A stretch of 63,633 nucleotides of DNA, filler included, from Intoshia linei (taxonomy: Eukaryota; Animalia; Orthonectida): assembly GCA_001642005.1 (NCBI GenBank). It is 5 parts of 5 records of this genome, joined end to end, with 100 filler letters (N's around TTAATTAATTAA, not from the genome) between each part and the next. Parts side by side here need not be neighbours in the genome. Positions count along the whole stretch, not along the records: positions 1 to 24,923 come from LWCA01000515.1; 4 more parts are not named here. One strand, 5' to 3'. A program made the translations under genes and the position numbers. The notes under the pieces are model-generated. The model had not been told where the DNA came from. It made no database searches and was given only the letters and a program-made list of their open reading frames with translations. Of this stretch, positions 1-13,800 are shown piece by piece. Position 1 is the first letter of the stretch. Each line of letters begins with the position of its first letter.

Positions 1-99
1 TGGAATATCGTTATTTTTGAAAAAATTGACAATTATCAAGGAATCTTCAATTAATATACTATATAATTTTGACCAGTTCTTTATTAATAGATCAAAACA

Positions 100-821
100 A
101 TGAGATGCACATCTTGTATGATATATATGATGGTAATCATTATTATCAATCATTGGTTATCAATACATTAGCTGCTGCACTGTCAGTTATTATTTGGACG
201 ACCTTTTCAGACCCTAATTTGTTTATTACAGTCATTATGTTATTTTTTATAAAATGAGCATGTTTTCGTTCTTCAGCAACATCCATTATACTGTCAAATA
301 TAGAGCCATCTGCTGTGAGAATGATAAAATTTAGAATTGAATTCCCAGAAACATCTTTCCATCCAACAAGTGCTTACTTGGTGGTTTAAATGAAGGTCCT
401 GCTTTATATACGGCCTTACACATAGTAGAAAAATGTTTGTTTTGAACAGAGTAAAATGAAATACCAGAACTATAAAAAAATTTAGCAATTTCTTTTTCAG
501 CATTTGCCTGCAAGTCATTCACAGTAAATATCTCATTAATTTTGACATCATTTGGGTCGTTTCAGTGATTGATTTTTTAACTAATAAAATATTTTTTCCA
601 CATGTGCTGGCATTTGTAACTTGTGTACCCTCTAAAAAATGTAAACGTATTTTTGTGGATGAAGACACGTTGAATTTAAAATTACAATAATTGAAAGATA
701 CTTCTTTAATACTTCCTAAAATATCATGTAATGGTTGCGACAAGTTTACAAATTTGTATTTATTACCTCTAGAAGCCAAAACTTGGACGTGTAACCACTC
801 AGTTCCATGTGTACGAGACAT
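100..821 (-). mobile_element. Degenerate hAT-family transposase (BED-finger-like N-terminus plus DUF659-like region)
   Basis: Frameshifted pieces: MSRTHGTEWLHV..YCNFKF..KIRLHF..C; AEKEIAKFFYSSGISFYSVQNKHF..YKAGPSFKPPS; VINKLGSEKVVQIITDSAAANV. Multiple stops. Confidence 0.8.
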
Positions 822-971
822 TTTTAAATATAAATAAATTAAAGTTATTTTTATCTTATTTGAACGTTTTTTTCCACTATGGTTAAAACTACCATCCAAA
901 ACTTGTCTGTGATTGATGGCTTATAGATACTTGTTTATTAATATATAAAAGTTGCAATTCAATGCTCTGGA

Positions 972-1740
972 TTATGTCAGGAAGTTGATCAGGCAACATA
1001 CAAAAAAGTAAATTTTAATTATTTCCGTCAGGTAATTATTTATTGTATTTATTTTCGTGGATTGCATGTTGCTTGTCATCAGGTTCTTTAACGTGGCAAT
1101 GAGGTTTATAATTTGATGGTTTGCAAGTTTGGATCCAGTCAATTCGTATGATAATTTCGTTAATGGCCTTGCCTTTTTGTTACTAATCTTCTGGAAATTT
1201 CTTATTGTTGATAAGACATTGGAAAAGTGCATGTTCTGTTTATCAGGATTATTAATAGTGATCTTATGAACGTTGTAATTTTCTATATTGATCAGAATCA
1301 GCATTTCTGACGAGATCTAAGTGAGTATAAATTATCTTGTTACCGAATCCAGGTGCCATTCGGTCAGTTGAAGTGATATGATGATTATGTAATTGAAAAA
1401 TTGTCGTGAATAATGTAGGACTATTCAGGTTGCTGTATTTAAGATCATAAATGCCATTTAAATGAATGAACTGATGATTGAAATCATCTTTTTTAACTTT
1501 GATGACTTCTGTTTTGTAAGTAAGGTATTCATTCTCTAGTTTGTTGTTGAACCATGTATCCATCTCAAACCAATATCACTTATAATTTAGGTCCTATAAT
1601 AAATTGATATTTTTAACATTTAGCTAATTGAGTTCAATGCGTTAATTTTGTTAAATAAGATGTTATCACTTTGTATGACTCCAGAGTTCATTATTTGGAA
1701 GATCATATATAAAAGATAATTGTGATGTCAAACGCGTGTT
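972..1740 (-). pseudogene. Frameshifted ORF of unknown function (ORFs 1264..1563 and 972..1304, degenerate upstream part)
   Basis: Two overlapping same-strand ORFs with coding-like composition. No introns and no recognisable motif. Confidence 0.4.
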
Positions 1741-1774
1741 TTTGATTTTAGTAGTGATAAAGTACTTTCAATCA

Positions 1775-1892
1775 ACAGCGTACGCGTTATTACGATTATT
1801 ATTGCGATTATTATTATTATGATTATTATTATTATTGATTATATTGCGTTATTATTACGCGTTATACGCGAGGGTTATTTGTTGGCAACACT
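1775..1892 (-). repeat. (ATT)n microsatellite with ACGCGTTA repeats next to a hAT-like terminus (GAGTGTTGCCAAC on -)
   Basis: ttattacgattattattgcgattattattatt...acgcgttatacgcg...ttgttggcaacactc. Confidence 0.5.
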
Positions 1893-1959
1893 CCTTTAAA
1901 AATTTCCAATTGAGTTGACATAGAAAGGTTAATTCAATAAAAAGATACAATTATAAAGT

Positions 1960-2400
1960 AGCAATTTATTTTTACAGACGGCAGAATTACATTTTTCTGT
2001 TGACCGATACTGTACGTTTCTTGGGTAATTTTAAATGGATAAAAATAATATACTTAAAGGCGCGAAAATTAAATGATTACAAAATGATTGTAAAAAGTTC
2101 ATTAAAATTATCCTGGAAAATTTACATTATTATAGAGCTATCAGCGGGGTGTAGACGTGTAAAAACACAGCCTAGTGTACATGAGATATATGATGAATCA
2201 TAGTTTTCATGTGTGCAACAAAGCCTTTAATTTTTTCTGTCATAGAAGCAGCGCCATCAGTGTTGATTTGAATAAATTATTAAATTTTAATTAAAGTAAG
2301 TGGAATATCTATTTTTAGTTTTATTTATTATATTAGTATAGTATTTTTTAAATCTGAAAAAATATCTTCACCATCCTTTCCAATGTTTTCTTTAAAAATC
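1960..2400 (-). mobile_element. hAT (Buster/ZBED5-like) transposase remnant
   Basis: GKDGEDIFSDLKN...FIQINTDGAASMTEKIKGFVAHMK on minus strand, with stops. Confidence 0.75.
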
Positions 2401-2818
2401 CATGATTATATCCTTGAAACTTGCCTCACTTTCATTTTTTCTGGAAGAGGTCTTGCTTTTGTAGTGATTTGGTAAAATTAGCAAAAAATTACTATATTAA
2501 TGTAAGTTAAAATTGAATTATATTCTGCAAAATACATTTTGATATACAAATTTGAATTGTAAAATACAAAATAATATACTATACACATTGGTGTGTCCAC
2601 TTTTGATTTTTTTTATTAGAAACCCGATTTTGCATGTGTACGTTAAGCATTTATCACCCAAAAAAATGAAATCGTTTAATATTTACCCCTCTCAATGGTA
2701 ATTATTGTAATTCATACAATAATATTAGGATAAATTTAAAATATAACTTTATTTTATGTATAATGTATATAATGCCTTCTAATAATTTGTATTCAATTTA
2801 AATTATATTTTATCTTAG

Positions 2819-5800
2819 AAGAAAAATCCGATAGAAAAATAGAAAAAAATAAAAAAACGAAATCATTAACTCCGACTATAAAGGAGAAAACTATAGTGGA
2901 AATTGATACGGATGTTGATTTAAGTAGAGGTATGACATCAGTATATTATTTTGATTAAATTTTCATCCACTGTTGTAAGAAAATTTACGTAAATAAATGA
3001 CAAGAATTTTGAAAATTTAAAATGTGATGCGTCTTTTACGCATTATGCAGTTTTGCTAAAAATTTATAATTTTAAAACTCTACATCTCTCTCAGACTCTT
3101 AAGATAAATTAGAATAAACAGATAGAAAAGTGTTAGCTAAAAAACTTTATATAAGGATTAGGGTCACCAGAATTGACAATATTACGGCACATTCTTGGGC
3201 AAATTTGAACTTTACTATGGCACATTTTTGGGCAATTTTTTCATACATTAATAAACATATCTGTAGCAACAACATTTAAAAAATTAACCGAATTTTACCT
3301 TAAAATTTAATTGTTTTTAAAAAGTTTTGACATTGACGCATCTAATTATTAACAATTAATAAATCTGTAAATTGGTCTCTTTCGAAACAATATTCTAAAG
3401 TTAATTAATTTTATTCTGATTATTAATAACAATATTCATCCTGACGATTTAAAATGCTCCAGAGAAAATTTGAACCAATTAAGAAACCAGAATAACAATA
3501 ACTAAAAGATTTTGTTATATAATCCATAATGCACAGTTAAATTTTAATTTTAACTTATTGTGGTAGATTGGCAAGTCAATAAATTACAATATGCAGAGGT
3601 GATATTTTAAGTCTAGATAAATTTTCGATAATTTTGATATTGCTTGGTAATAAACGTTTATCTAGGTATAATTTGATTCGAACCTGGTTACATTTAAAAT
3701 TAATTGTATTCAAATCAGCCAAAGCGGTAGAGATGCTATAATTCACCGAGCATGACTTATTTATTAAATCATAGATAAATCGTAATTATGTATTACTTTA
3801 ACCAATTGGCGGCAAAGCTGAATGTTTTTTAATGCTGCTTTCATCTTTGAAACCAGTATTCCATCTTATTTAAAAGTTTGAATAATACAACTTACTTCAA
3901 TAAAATACTGTGAAAAATATTTCACTGATTTCAATTATCCACCAAATCCAATTTTAGAGAATACTGGTGGTACAGCAATATACGAAAATTTTCTTTTTCT
4001 AGATTCATTTTTGGCAAGTTCAGCATTACCTCGTTAACAGTTTCATAAAAGCTGCTAATTTAGCAACCTCATTGTGATACAAATGAACGACACATGTAAC
4101 ATGAAAAATGTTTTTAAATTGAATAATATTACCGTTTTTATGTTAAATTGTATCATTTTTTAATCTTGTACCTGCTTGAACCATATATGCTGCAGCATCT
4201 GACAGCAATAATATACTAATTATATAATTGTGGGGTTCGAGATGAAATTAATGAATAATTTCAACAATTTTATTTTTTATGTATTCGTTATCCGGTGATT
4301 TTGTCAGTTTCTTACAACAAGCCAAATAAAAGATGGACGGTTTGCTAACCAGACCAAATTAAAATATAAATTTTAATAAAATAAATATTGAAATTAAATA
4401 CCTATTAAAACATTTGTAAACTTTTGACCTTTATTACATGTTTCACCAATTATAATGAAATACTTCACACCTTTCGAAATCAGTTTTATTAAATCCGACA
4501 TGTTAGTCTCGTAGATTTTACTTGTAAATCTCGCATACTTGTTTCGGAAGAAAGTGGGTATTTTGTAGTTTGAAAAATGCAAAATACTTTTATTTGTTTA
4601 TAACTGCACAGCTCATTATATGAGAAATGATCTACTTTCTATTAAATTGGCTTATCTTCCTAAAAATACTACATCAGTGTTACAACCTATGGACATGGGA
4701 ATTAGAAATTGCATTACTAATTACATATAGTTGACACGTTTTCATTTTTATAAAGGTTTGAAGTACAGAGAGGGTCGTGGAGAGGGTTATATGTCCCGTG
4801 TCTACAATCATGAGGGCCTACTTTTTAATTTATTAATAGGTATTGATGAAAAAGTATATAATAATTTCAATAATCAATGATTTTCAATGATTATTTTTAA
4901 TTTTTAGACAATGAACGTTCGATTAATTAATGTATAGAGGTCCATTTTTAAAAAATTTTTATAGAGGCCTATACTTTCCATCGAGCCCGGGCCTACTGCT
5001 GGTTCTCCACGACCATTATTATGACTAAATCAGCTTTAATTCTTAAATTTCATTTGTTTAATCTAAGTAACTAGTCAACACTTTATTTTTAATTAATATT
5101 GTATTTATTGATTTTTAATCAGGGGTGCACAGTCATTAAGATCAATATTTAGGGGTGAATAGGTCAAAAAAGGTTAAGAACTACTGCCTTAGAGATTGAG
5201 TAGAATTAGATGCATTTCTTATTATCGATAGTTCAAGGGTAGGTGTTATTTTAGTTGGCCTACCTCTTTTGTCCGGCTTATTTTTTTTTTCAAGATTCTA
5301 TGAATGGTCGATTTATCATTAACATTAAAGGTTGACGCTATTTCAGACAATGTTTTATTGTTTAATCGCATCATAAATACCCTTTGAATGTCCCCTTTAG
5401 ATAAATGAGGTTTTCTATCTGTCATAAAGCTAAAAATTAAATATTGTATAATTGTTATGTACAAAAATATCATGTGATCATTAAATAAAAAAAATAATTA
5501 CAATTAATATCAAATAAAGCGTAACAGTGGATGATAATTGAAAAGTTGCGTTATTTTTGAAACAACATTGATTATTTAAAATTAGTTTTTTCGCTATAAC
5601 ATTTTTTATTTAAAATATTTTGTGATTATTTAAATTAAATATAATGTAATATCATTTGTACTAATGTCAAATTTAATCTGTGAGCACAAAAATAATTGTA
5701 AAAATTATTACAGAGCTTCTAATAATGTTGCGTTATTTTTGAAACGGAGTGTACATTAATGAGTCAAATTGGTTAATTTTGTACGTCTTTCAAATTTGTA

Positions 5801-6084
5801 CAGATTTTATTAAATGAAATGGTTGTTTGTTTTAAATTCTTGTTACACTAATTTGAAATTTTAATTTAGTTTCAAAGACTAGAACCATATTACCAAAAAT
5901 AATTGATTCTTTTAAGGATGTGTATCATTCTTCTCACTACTACAATACAAACCAAAATCACATTCAGAATCCTAATACCAATTTTACTTCAAATAAAGCA
6001 TCTTTTTCTCGTATCGAAAAAATGAATTTTAATGACTATTTGTTATTTAGCAATTTGCATAGAAAACGACGTGGAAGAATATAA
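2819..6084 (+). CDS. Last two exons of an unknown gene (2819-2929 and 5870-6084); 5' part not identified
   Basis: AG|aagaaaaa...agag|GT joins in phase 1 to AG|tttcaaag, giving EKSDRKIEKNKKTKSLTPTIKEKTIVEIDTDVDLSR-VSKTRTILPKIIDSF...LHRKRRGRI*. Confidence 0.55.
3159..4582 (-). mobile_element. Decayed hAT transposon inside an intron
   Basis: TAGGGTCACCAG terminus; IIIGETCNKGQKFTNVLIG, LLSDAAAYMVQAG and FHVTCVVHLYHN motifs with many stops. Confidence 0.75.
4581..4716 (+). mobile_element. pogo/Tigger DDE transposase fragment
   Basis: KILLFVYNCTAHY...IKLAYLPKNTTSVLQPMDMGIRN. Confidence 0.85.
4770..5015. mobile_element. MITE with GC-rich inverted termini
   Basis: GGTCGTGGAGA...TCTCCACGACC inverted pair with internal gggcc/ggcct motifs. 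Confidence 0.6.
5200..5751 (-). mobile_element. Tc1-like element, left end with IR/DR structure and paired-like HTH N-terminus
   Basis: TA|CACTCCGTTTCAAAAATAACGCAAC terminus; 19-bp GTTGCGTTATTTTTGAAAC repeated at 5545 and 5727; MTDRKPHLSKGDIQRVF..LSEIASTFNVNDKSTIHRILKK. Confidence 0.8.
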
Positions 6085-6784
6085 TGAAAATTTACCAACC
6101 CCTTTAAAGTTTCGAAAATATCAATAAATTTTTAACCTAATGGCTTTCTATATTATCTTAAATTATAGTTTTTTTTAATATTAATTTTATTTTTATTGTA
6201 TTACATCTGTTGAGTTAGTTAATTTAAATTAACTGGTGTGATATTTTAGAGTTAACCCAGCACGCAATGAGTACTTTTCACATTTTGATATAAGAATTTA
6301 AATCTAAATTTTTTTTTACAAAAATCTTATATGTATGATTTGATACATGCCTTTTATGTTGTTAATATTGAATAAAATTGTCATTTCATTACATTGTATA
6401 AAGATTATCTTACTTAATTCAAGCTATACAGGATATTCATATGATGTACATAATTTATGCATAATACATTATATTAAATATCGTTAATAATTGTGGTTTG
6501 ATTAAATCTGCAATATTACTTATGCAGAATACATTATAAAATATTCATAATTGCTAATCTGTATATGAAAGGATTATAATTTTATATATATAATAGATGA
6601 GCTGTAATATTTAAACAAACACATTGGCGTCAAATTCCATCATTTAAAGTCTTAGTTATAGATTAAATTATTTCGGTATATTAATAATGTTAATTTGGAG
6701 GGAACGTTCTTAATCTTAATATTATAATCACTGTAATGTATATATATTATTATTTAATTCATATTTTGTAAACATTTGAATTGA

Positions 6785-7299
6785 ATGGACAATAAAAGAC
6801 TATTCGTAAATGATTTAAATGAAGATAGTATGAATGATCATTTAAATTTACAAAGAAATATTATGTTACAGGCAGCTTCGTTAGGTTTAATTGACTCATC
6901 ACCTAAAAAATTGCATTTTAATGTAATGAATTTTAAAAATAGTGATTGTCAACAACCGGAAGAATCTTTATTTGGTAAATTTATTACTACAAGTTAAAAT
7001 ATTTAATTTCAATTGTATTGTTAATTTAAGATATTAACCTTGCGAACGGAAAAAATAGACAACCTGTACACAAATACATTTCACAATATGCTCATTTTCA
7101 GTCATATGTTCAAAGAAGATATAAAAATAACATTGCTGCCAAAAAATCTAGAGACGCTCGTAAAAACAGAGAAGAAGAGGCCATTAAAATATCGGAAAAA
7201 CTTCAAAAAGAGAACGAGATTCTAAAGGCTCAATTAAATTCATTAAAATTTGAATTTGAAAAACTATGTCAAACTATTACAAAAAATCTTAAGGATTAA
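6785..7299 (+). CDS. PAR/giant/CES-2-type bZIP transcription factor (exons 6785-6974, 7031-7299)
   Basis: 56-nt GT-AG intron; basic region YVQRRYKNNIAAKKSRDARKNREEE followed by zipper L-QKENEI-L-KAQLNS-L. Confidence 0.9.
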
Positions 7300-7869
7300 C
7301 TAATATGTCAATATATAATAAATTTATTTTACTAATACACTTCAATTTTTACAACTAATTTGATTATTTTTAGGAAGAACTTGAACTTTAAAGTGAGTCG
7401 AAATTTAATTTTTGACTCGTGTCGCTATTATAATTTCTTAAATTATTAGGAATTGGTTTGATTGATGCTTGCATAGAGCTACTGTATTCATTGTATCTTT
7501 CTTGAGAAATTGATGGGTTGCCTTCATAAATGTATTTTCCATTTTCATCTAACAATAAACGTTTAGTGATAAATAATATAGAGTTTTGTAAATTAGGACG
7601 TGTCAGATTAAGGAAAAACTTATTCAAAATATTATATTGTAACAATTTAATTTAATGATCAAATTTAAACATGTTGCTAATTAAGCACAAGTTTACTCCA
7701 GTTAATTAATTGTCAAATTAATAAAAATGTCATTTTGAAAAAAGTGGTTCATTTTACAACTTGGTTTTTAATATACAGTACAGTGACTGTATACTGATTG
7801 TGTCGAAGTGTTTAATTTGTCCCAAAACCAAAATTTTTTATTTTTACACAAACTAGTAGATTTTTAACT

Positions 7870-10800
7870 AATAAAAAAAACGACTTGACATCATTAGGAC
7901 CTTATATATACATTTAGTGAAATTGGATTCATGCGTTGCACTATCTTCTTTATATCTATCAATTAAATCTGAATTTTTTGATTTTTCCGACTCTATTGAA
8001 TCCAGGCTCACTAAAAATTAAATTTAATTACAAAATTTATAGAAATGTGAACCATGTAATTAACGCTCCATATGGATTTCTTTATAACTCAATTATTTCA
8101 AATAATTTCCATTTTATTTTCCACTAGTGAATGATGAACTAGTGATCATGAAAAAAAAAACAAATTTGAAAATTTATACCAAAATTTACAGAAAAATTTA
8201 AACGAGTCTTCCAAACATGGGTATTCAGCTCCAGGGAGACATTACAAAATAATTTTCTAATATTACAAATAATCGCGTTACTAAGGTATTTCTAAATTTT
8301 ATCATGACTTAAACATTGGTTCCTAACTTTAATCAATATAGACATTGTACGTTTTGAATTTAAAAACAAACCTTGATACCTTTGTAGACTCATTTTTTTA
8401 ATGCTAAATTTCGACAACCTGCGTAAACTTTCTCTGATCGTCTTCATGTGTGGTAATTTTGAAAATCTTTTCTTCTTATTAATTTCAACTATGTAATAAA
8501 TGTATGGTTTAAATAAAAAATGTGTTATGATTACTATATTAGTTTAAGATATAAAGATTTACCGTCATCATTTTGAAAAATGAAATATATGTGATGAATG
8601 CAAAATAACATTAATATCTGCTGTGCCATAGTTTTGTTATCGATGGATTTTAAAATTTTCAAATTTCCATTGGTTAAATTTGCTTCAATAGATTTATATT
8701 TTAAATGCCGGTTTTTTAGATTTAACTCTTCAACTTGTAATATTTCATCAGAATTGTTAGAGAAGTAATTTATAATGAATTTTATACCATTATTAGCATT
8801 CAATTTAATACACTCTCCTGTTAAAATACACCATCTACCTTGGATACCATTTATTAAAAAATGATTTTTTTTTGAGTCTTTCTCTTCGTAAATTGGGCAT
8901 TTGTCATTTTTTGATATCTAGTTGGGGTTTTAATGTAGATTATAAACTTTAAACTTTAACTATCATAATTATAATCATTATATAATAAGTATTATAGAAT
9001 ACTGTTCAATAAATTGCAATAAAATATAAATATTTTGTTCAGATACTTAAATAATTATGAGGGCGTATTATTTCACTTTCAATGTGATAATAATTTTTTA
9101 TAGGTTGATAACTGTTACGAATATTATCACTTTGGATTTAGCTATTATCACATCGTTTGTAATTATCGTGAAATAGTATAGAATCTATAGTATAGATCAG
9201 AGGTGTCAGACTCAATTTGCTTGGCGGACCAAATTTGAACAAAAATTATTACGCGGGCCGCACAAAAAAAATATTTACTCAAAAAATTATGTTAAAACTA
9301 ACAGATTTAAGTAATTAATAATACTTTTAATTCACAAAATGAAATATAACACAATAAAAATGGACGAAGTGTACCAATAATGTTAAAATTGTAATAATGA
9401 ATAAATAAATCATGAAAAATATATGAAAAAACTGTAAAATAAGAATTATTTGTAAAAAATTATTATAAAAAATAAAAATTTATATAATAACGCGGGCCGC
9501 ACATTCCATAATTTGGGGCCGCAAATGGCCCGAGGTCCGCATAATTGAAACCCCATAGATCGAGATCTCACTACAACAAAAATGATCTAAATAATTAATA
9601 AATTAGCCACCAGTACTCAGTGACTAGTAAAAATTTTTTTTAATTCACTCCATAATATGGTATGGCTTCAGGTGTATATGAAGTTCCATATAGAGTACAT
9701 TGTACATGAAAAATTACTAAAAATTAAATTTAATTACATGTGAATATCCTCAAATTTATCGATACTACACAGATTTTATGAGCTACAATTGTTGTATACA
9801 ACAGATAATTAAAAACTCAATACGTATAATTTATTTTAAGTAACATTTAATTGTACGCAAGGATATCATACGTTAAAAAATTAAAAAAAAAATAATATTT
9901 GTGACCAATTATAGTATATTAATTTGTGTAATTATTAAGTGACAAAATTGAGCCTACTAATTACATATGTCCTTTTTTTGATTGAACTCAGTAATATTAC
10001 TATGTCTAAATCATAATATGATATGCTGTACCCATTTGGGGTAATGTTACCCATAGGGACCCGATAAACTATTTTGGGTCTAGTTCGACTGATCCTATGA
10101 CTCAAACTTTATGAGTCATAAATTAAAAGTATTTTTCAATTTAAAATTTCATAAAATAATCCTTTAATTATATAAAAAATAGTTCAATACTTTTATGTAC
10201 TGTTAACCGTACAAACAGTAGCTAGCTCTGCAGAGAGTCGACTTTTAGATGTATTAAACAATGAGTAAATATGTATATAATCTTAAAACCATAAAAAATT
10301 AAAAATAAGACCATGAAGGTGTGCGTTTCTAAGTTTATATTCTTAGATTTACGAAAATGTTAATGATTTTATAACACGTCCAAGAATTTTATGTTTTTTT
10401 AAATTTTTGGATTGTATTATTTTTTAAAAAAAAGGGCAAATTCAATTTTTGACTTGAAGGACTCAATTTCGAAAAATGAAACTTATAGATATAAACATGA
10501 CTTGCGAAAGACAATATTAAAAGTATGGTTTTTTTAAATTCTAAGAGTGTTAATTTTTTAAATAAACGGAACACACTGACACACACAGAAATTCAATTTT
10601 ATATAAGTATAAGATAGTTAAATTTATTTTTGATGTACATAAAATTGTGTCACTATAAATAATCTTCACTGTACATATCTATTCTGTCAGTTTAATATTT
10701 CTCCATTTTTCAGACTAAATTTTTGGGCTCGTATTGCATTATCTATTTATTTGAATTCTTATTATGCCAAAATTACACTAAATAGAAATTATTATAGCGG

Positions 10801-13800
10801 TACGATTTTTTTTGGACTGTAGGGATACCAACTGTGAAGTATGTTGAAACGGCTGGTCTAATATTAATTTTAGTTTATACTGTTATCACAATATGATGAT
10901 GTTACATTTTAGGAAAATTAAGCTACAAAAAATGGTTTTTAACTTCTTTTAAAAATTAGCATTTTCGATTAATATTTGAAAAATGGTGTTGATTGAAAAT
11001 AAATTAATAATTACATATATGGTTACATTATTATTTTAAATTGCATTTACTTGATTTTTCATTGGTAAATATTTTTCATTTAAAGCAATAGCTGTAGCCA
11101 CAATTTCATTTTCATGGGTTAATTTCATTATGGTAAATTTCGACGGAGAATATATTATTTTACAAGTAAATACAATGCTGTTTTTTCGTTCGGTAGAGTT
11201 TATTAATCTAATAAAATTTATTAATAGTATTAAATAAATATTGCATAGAAAATATATATAATTATTTTATTATTATTACTTGATTAAATACCTATTTTCA
11301 ACTTCTAAAACATTTTCAGTAAGGTAATCAGTATACATTTTTATCCATTCCGTATCTTGACATTTCTGAATGTTGAAATTTTTAAATTTGTTAAACTGTA
11401 TTTGAAAATCCGTATCTTCAAGTGTAATCAACATTGGTTTATATTTAAAGGACAGTTCAATTTTGCCATTTGACATTACACTAATAAATTCATTGTTCCA
11501 CTGTTTATATATGACATTAATTATTTTTTGTATAGTATATTTGTATAGAAAAAATATTAAGTATGATTTAAACACATTAAAATAATACACTGAGTTGATA
11601 GGTGTACTCAATATACTTCGATATACTCGATATCCAATAAACCCATATTACAAAAATTCATTTTATAAAGGTTAAAATATGCCGAATACTATAGTACCCA
11701 AAAAAATCTGTAAAAAAATTAGAAATGTTTATTTCGTTATATACACTCATTCTCTATAATAAATAATAAAAAAAATGAATCACATTGTTTTTATAAATGG
11801 TTTGCAGAAATGGAACAAAATAAAATTAAACGTGAATAATTCACTTTTAATTTAATTTTAATTTAATGTGAAATGACAGGTCAATAATGAAACAAGTTTA
11901 GAAACTTTATCCTTTCAACGATTGGTAATAGATTAAATTCTCGAACTCGTTTGATTTTCAAAAAAAATAACAATTGGGCTTTTTATCCACATGATGTGAG
12001 TTTTATAGGTTAAAATTTATTTTGCTAACACCCCTGGAAAAAACTGTAATTGAAATGTGAACTTTATAAAATTCTAAGAATGGTTGTTATTGAAATAAAC
12101 GGTAACACACACATACAATTAAATATTGCATAGCATATTATATAATGTAAGTAAAAAGATGAAAATATAATTATTTATCAAGATAGACACTAAACTAAAT
12201 AATAGTTAACTACTTTTGCGAGTTAAGATTTTCCATTCTTTACTTTACGCAAGACGAGTTAATTAATTTACACGAGTTTTTAAGTAAAATAAAGTAAAGT
12301 CAATGAAAAAATTCTTGACAAATATAGTAAATCTATTTATATTTAGCAAATATGCATTTTAAAAAAATTCATTTATATTTGAAATAAACTAATTTTTCAA
12401 AATAAGCATAATCAGCGATAATATATTCAATTCTGTTATTTAACTAGTTAAATAATAAAATATTATTTTACGCTAAATCATATACATCTCTTCAGTGATT
12501 CAAAAATTTATGCATTTATTATTGAAATAAATAATTGTCATCATTTTAAATATTTTATGCTGTAAAAATAAACTGCTTTACAGTAAAGATAATATTTGAG
12601 TAAAGTTACTCTTTAGTGTACGCTAACATATAAAATAATTTAGTTAATTACTTAAAAATATTAAAGTTAATTGAAAATATTGGAAATAAATTAAAATCAA
12701 GTAATTTAAATTAATAGAATTAGAAAAATTTGACATAGTTAAAATTTAATTTTGACTATAGCATTTGTTTTTCGCAAAATCGATTGTTTTCACTCTTAGT
12801 TGATTAGTTTCCAAGCCAGGTTTGATGGATTTATGATTAAATAAATGAAACATAAGTAATGTTTATAAATTGTTTTAATCAAGTATATCAAAGGATACTC
12901 TAGTGTCGTGAGAAATTCGATGCTATTAAGAAATATAACATTTTCAAATATTTTAAAATTATTTTGTGGTCTTTCATCCTTTCATTTATTGATTTAAGTA
13001 GACGCCATTACAATGTATTCAATTTTTATGTGGCACGGTAGAAATTATATAAGTATTCAAAACTAAGTCTGCAAGAAACAAAATGACATATTATATATGG
13101 GATGTCACTCGGGTTCAAGAATCTAGTGTATTTTCGAATAAAATAGGATAATCTAGAATTGGGTGCTCCAAATATGTCGATTCGAGTCGGGTTAATCATT
13201 TTAAATCTCAAGTACAAAAATTACACTGAACTGTATTTGAGTAAAAACTACACATAACGACATATACATGGTTATTTAGGATATTTTGACTATTTTGACT
13301 ATTTTGATACTCCATATTATATTATATATTGTAATTTTTTAAATATAAGCATACATCATTTATTTGTGGTTTAATCAAGTATTGACTATAAATAAAATAT
13401 ACATTTAAGCGATTTTTAAAGGATTTTAACCATTTCTAAGACTATAAATAAATGATTCATTGTTAGATTTAAAAAATTATAATATATAATATAATAAATA
13501 AAGTAAATGTTTCGTAACTGTGGATATGTCATTATATCTTGTTTTGAGTCAAATAAAGTTCAGTTTGTTATAATTTTTTCTATAAAATATTTAAGATATT
13601 TAAAATGATTAAGCCAATATCAATATCTATTTTTAAATATTTTTACTTGGAATTATTCTTAATATAACAAAAATTAACAGATTGTGAAACAACCGTCCTT
13701 AAAATTTTCAAATATTAAAAAAAATGTGACACTAATGGGCTGCAAACAGTTCACCAAGATATTAAAATTTTGTCTGTCAAACTTTAAATCGTGTTTACAA

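Noticed and set aside
7388-8130. Stop-codon reassignment suggested by in-frame TAA/TGA in several coding-like stretches
   Set aside because: Well-supported genes (MRPS21, RPN2, CATIP, LIPT1, bZIP) end in TAA at expected positions and have no internal stops.
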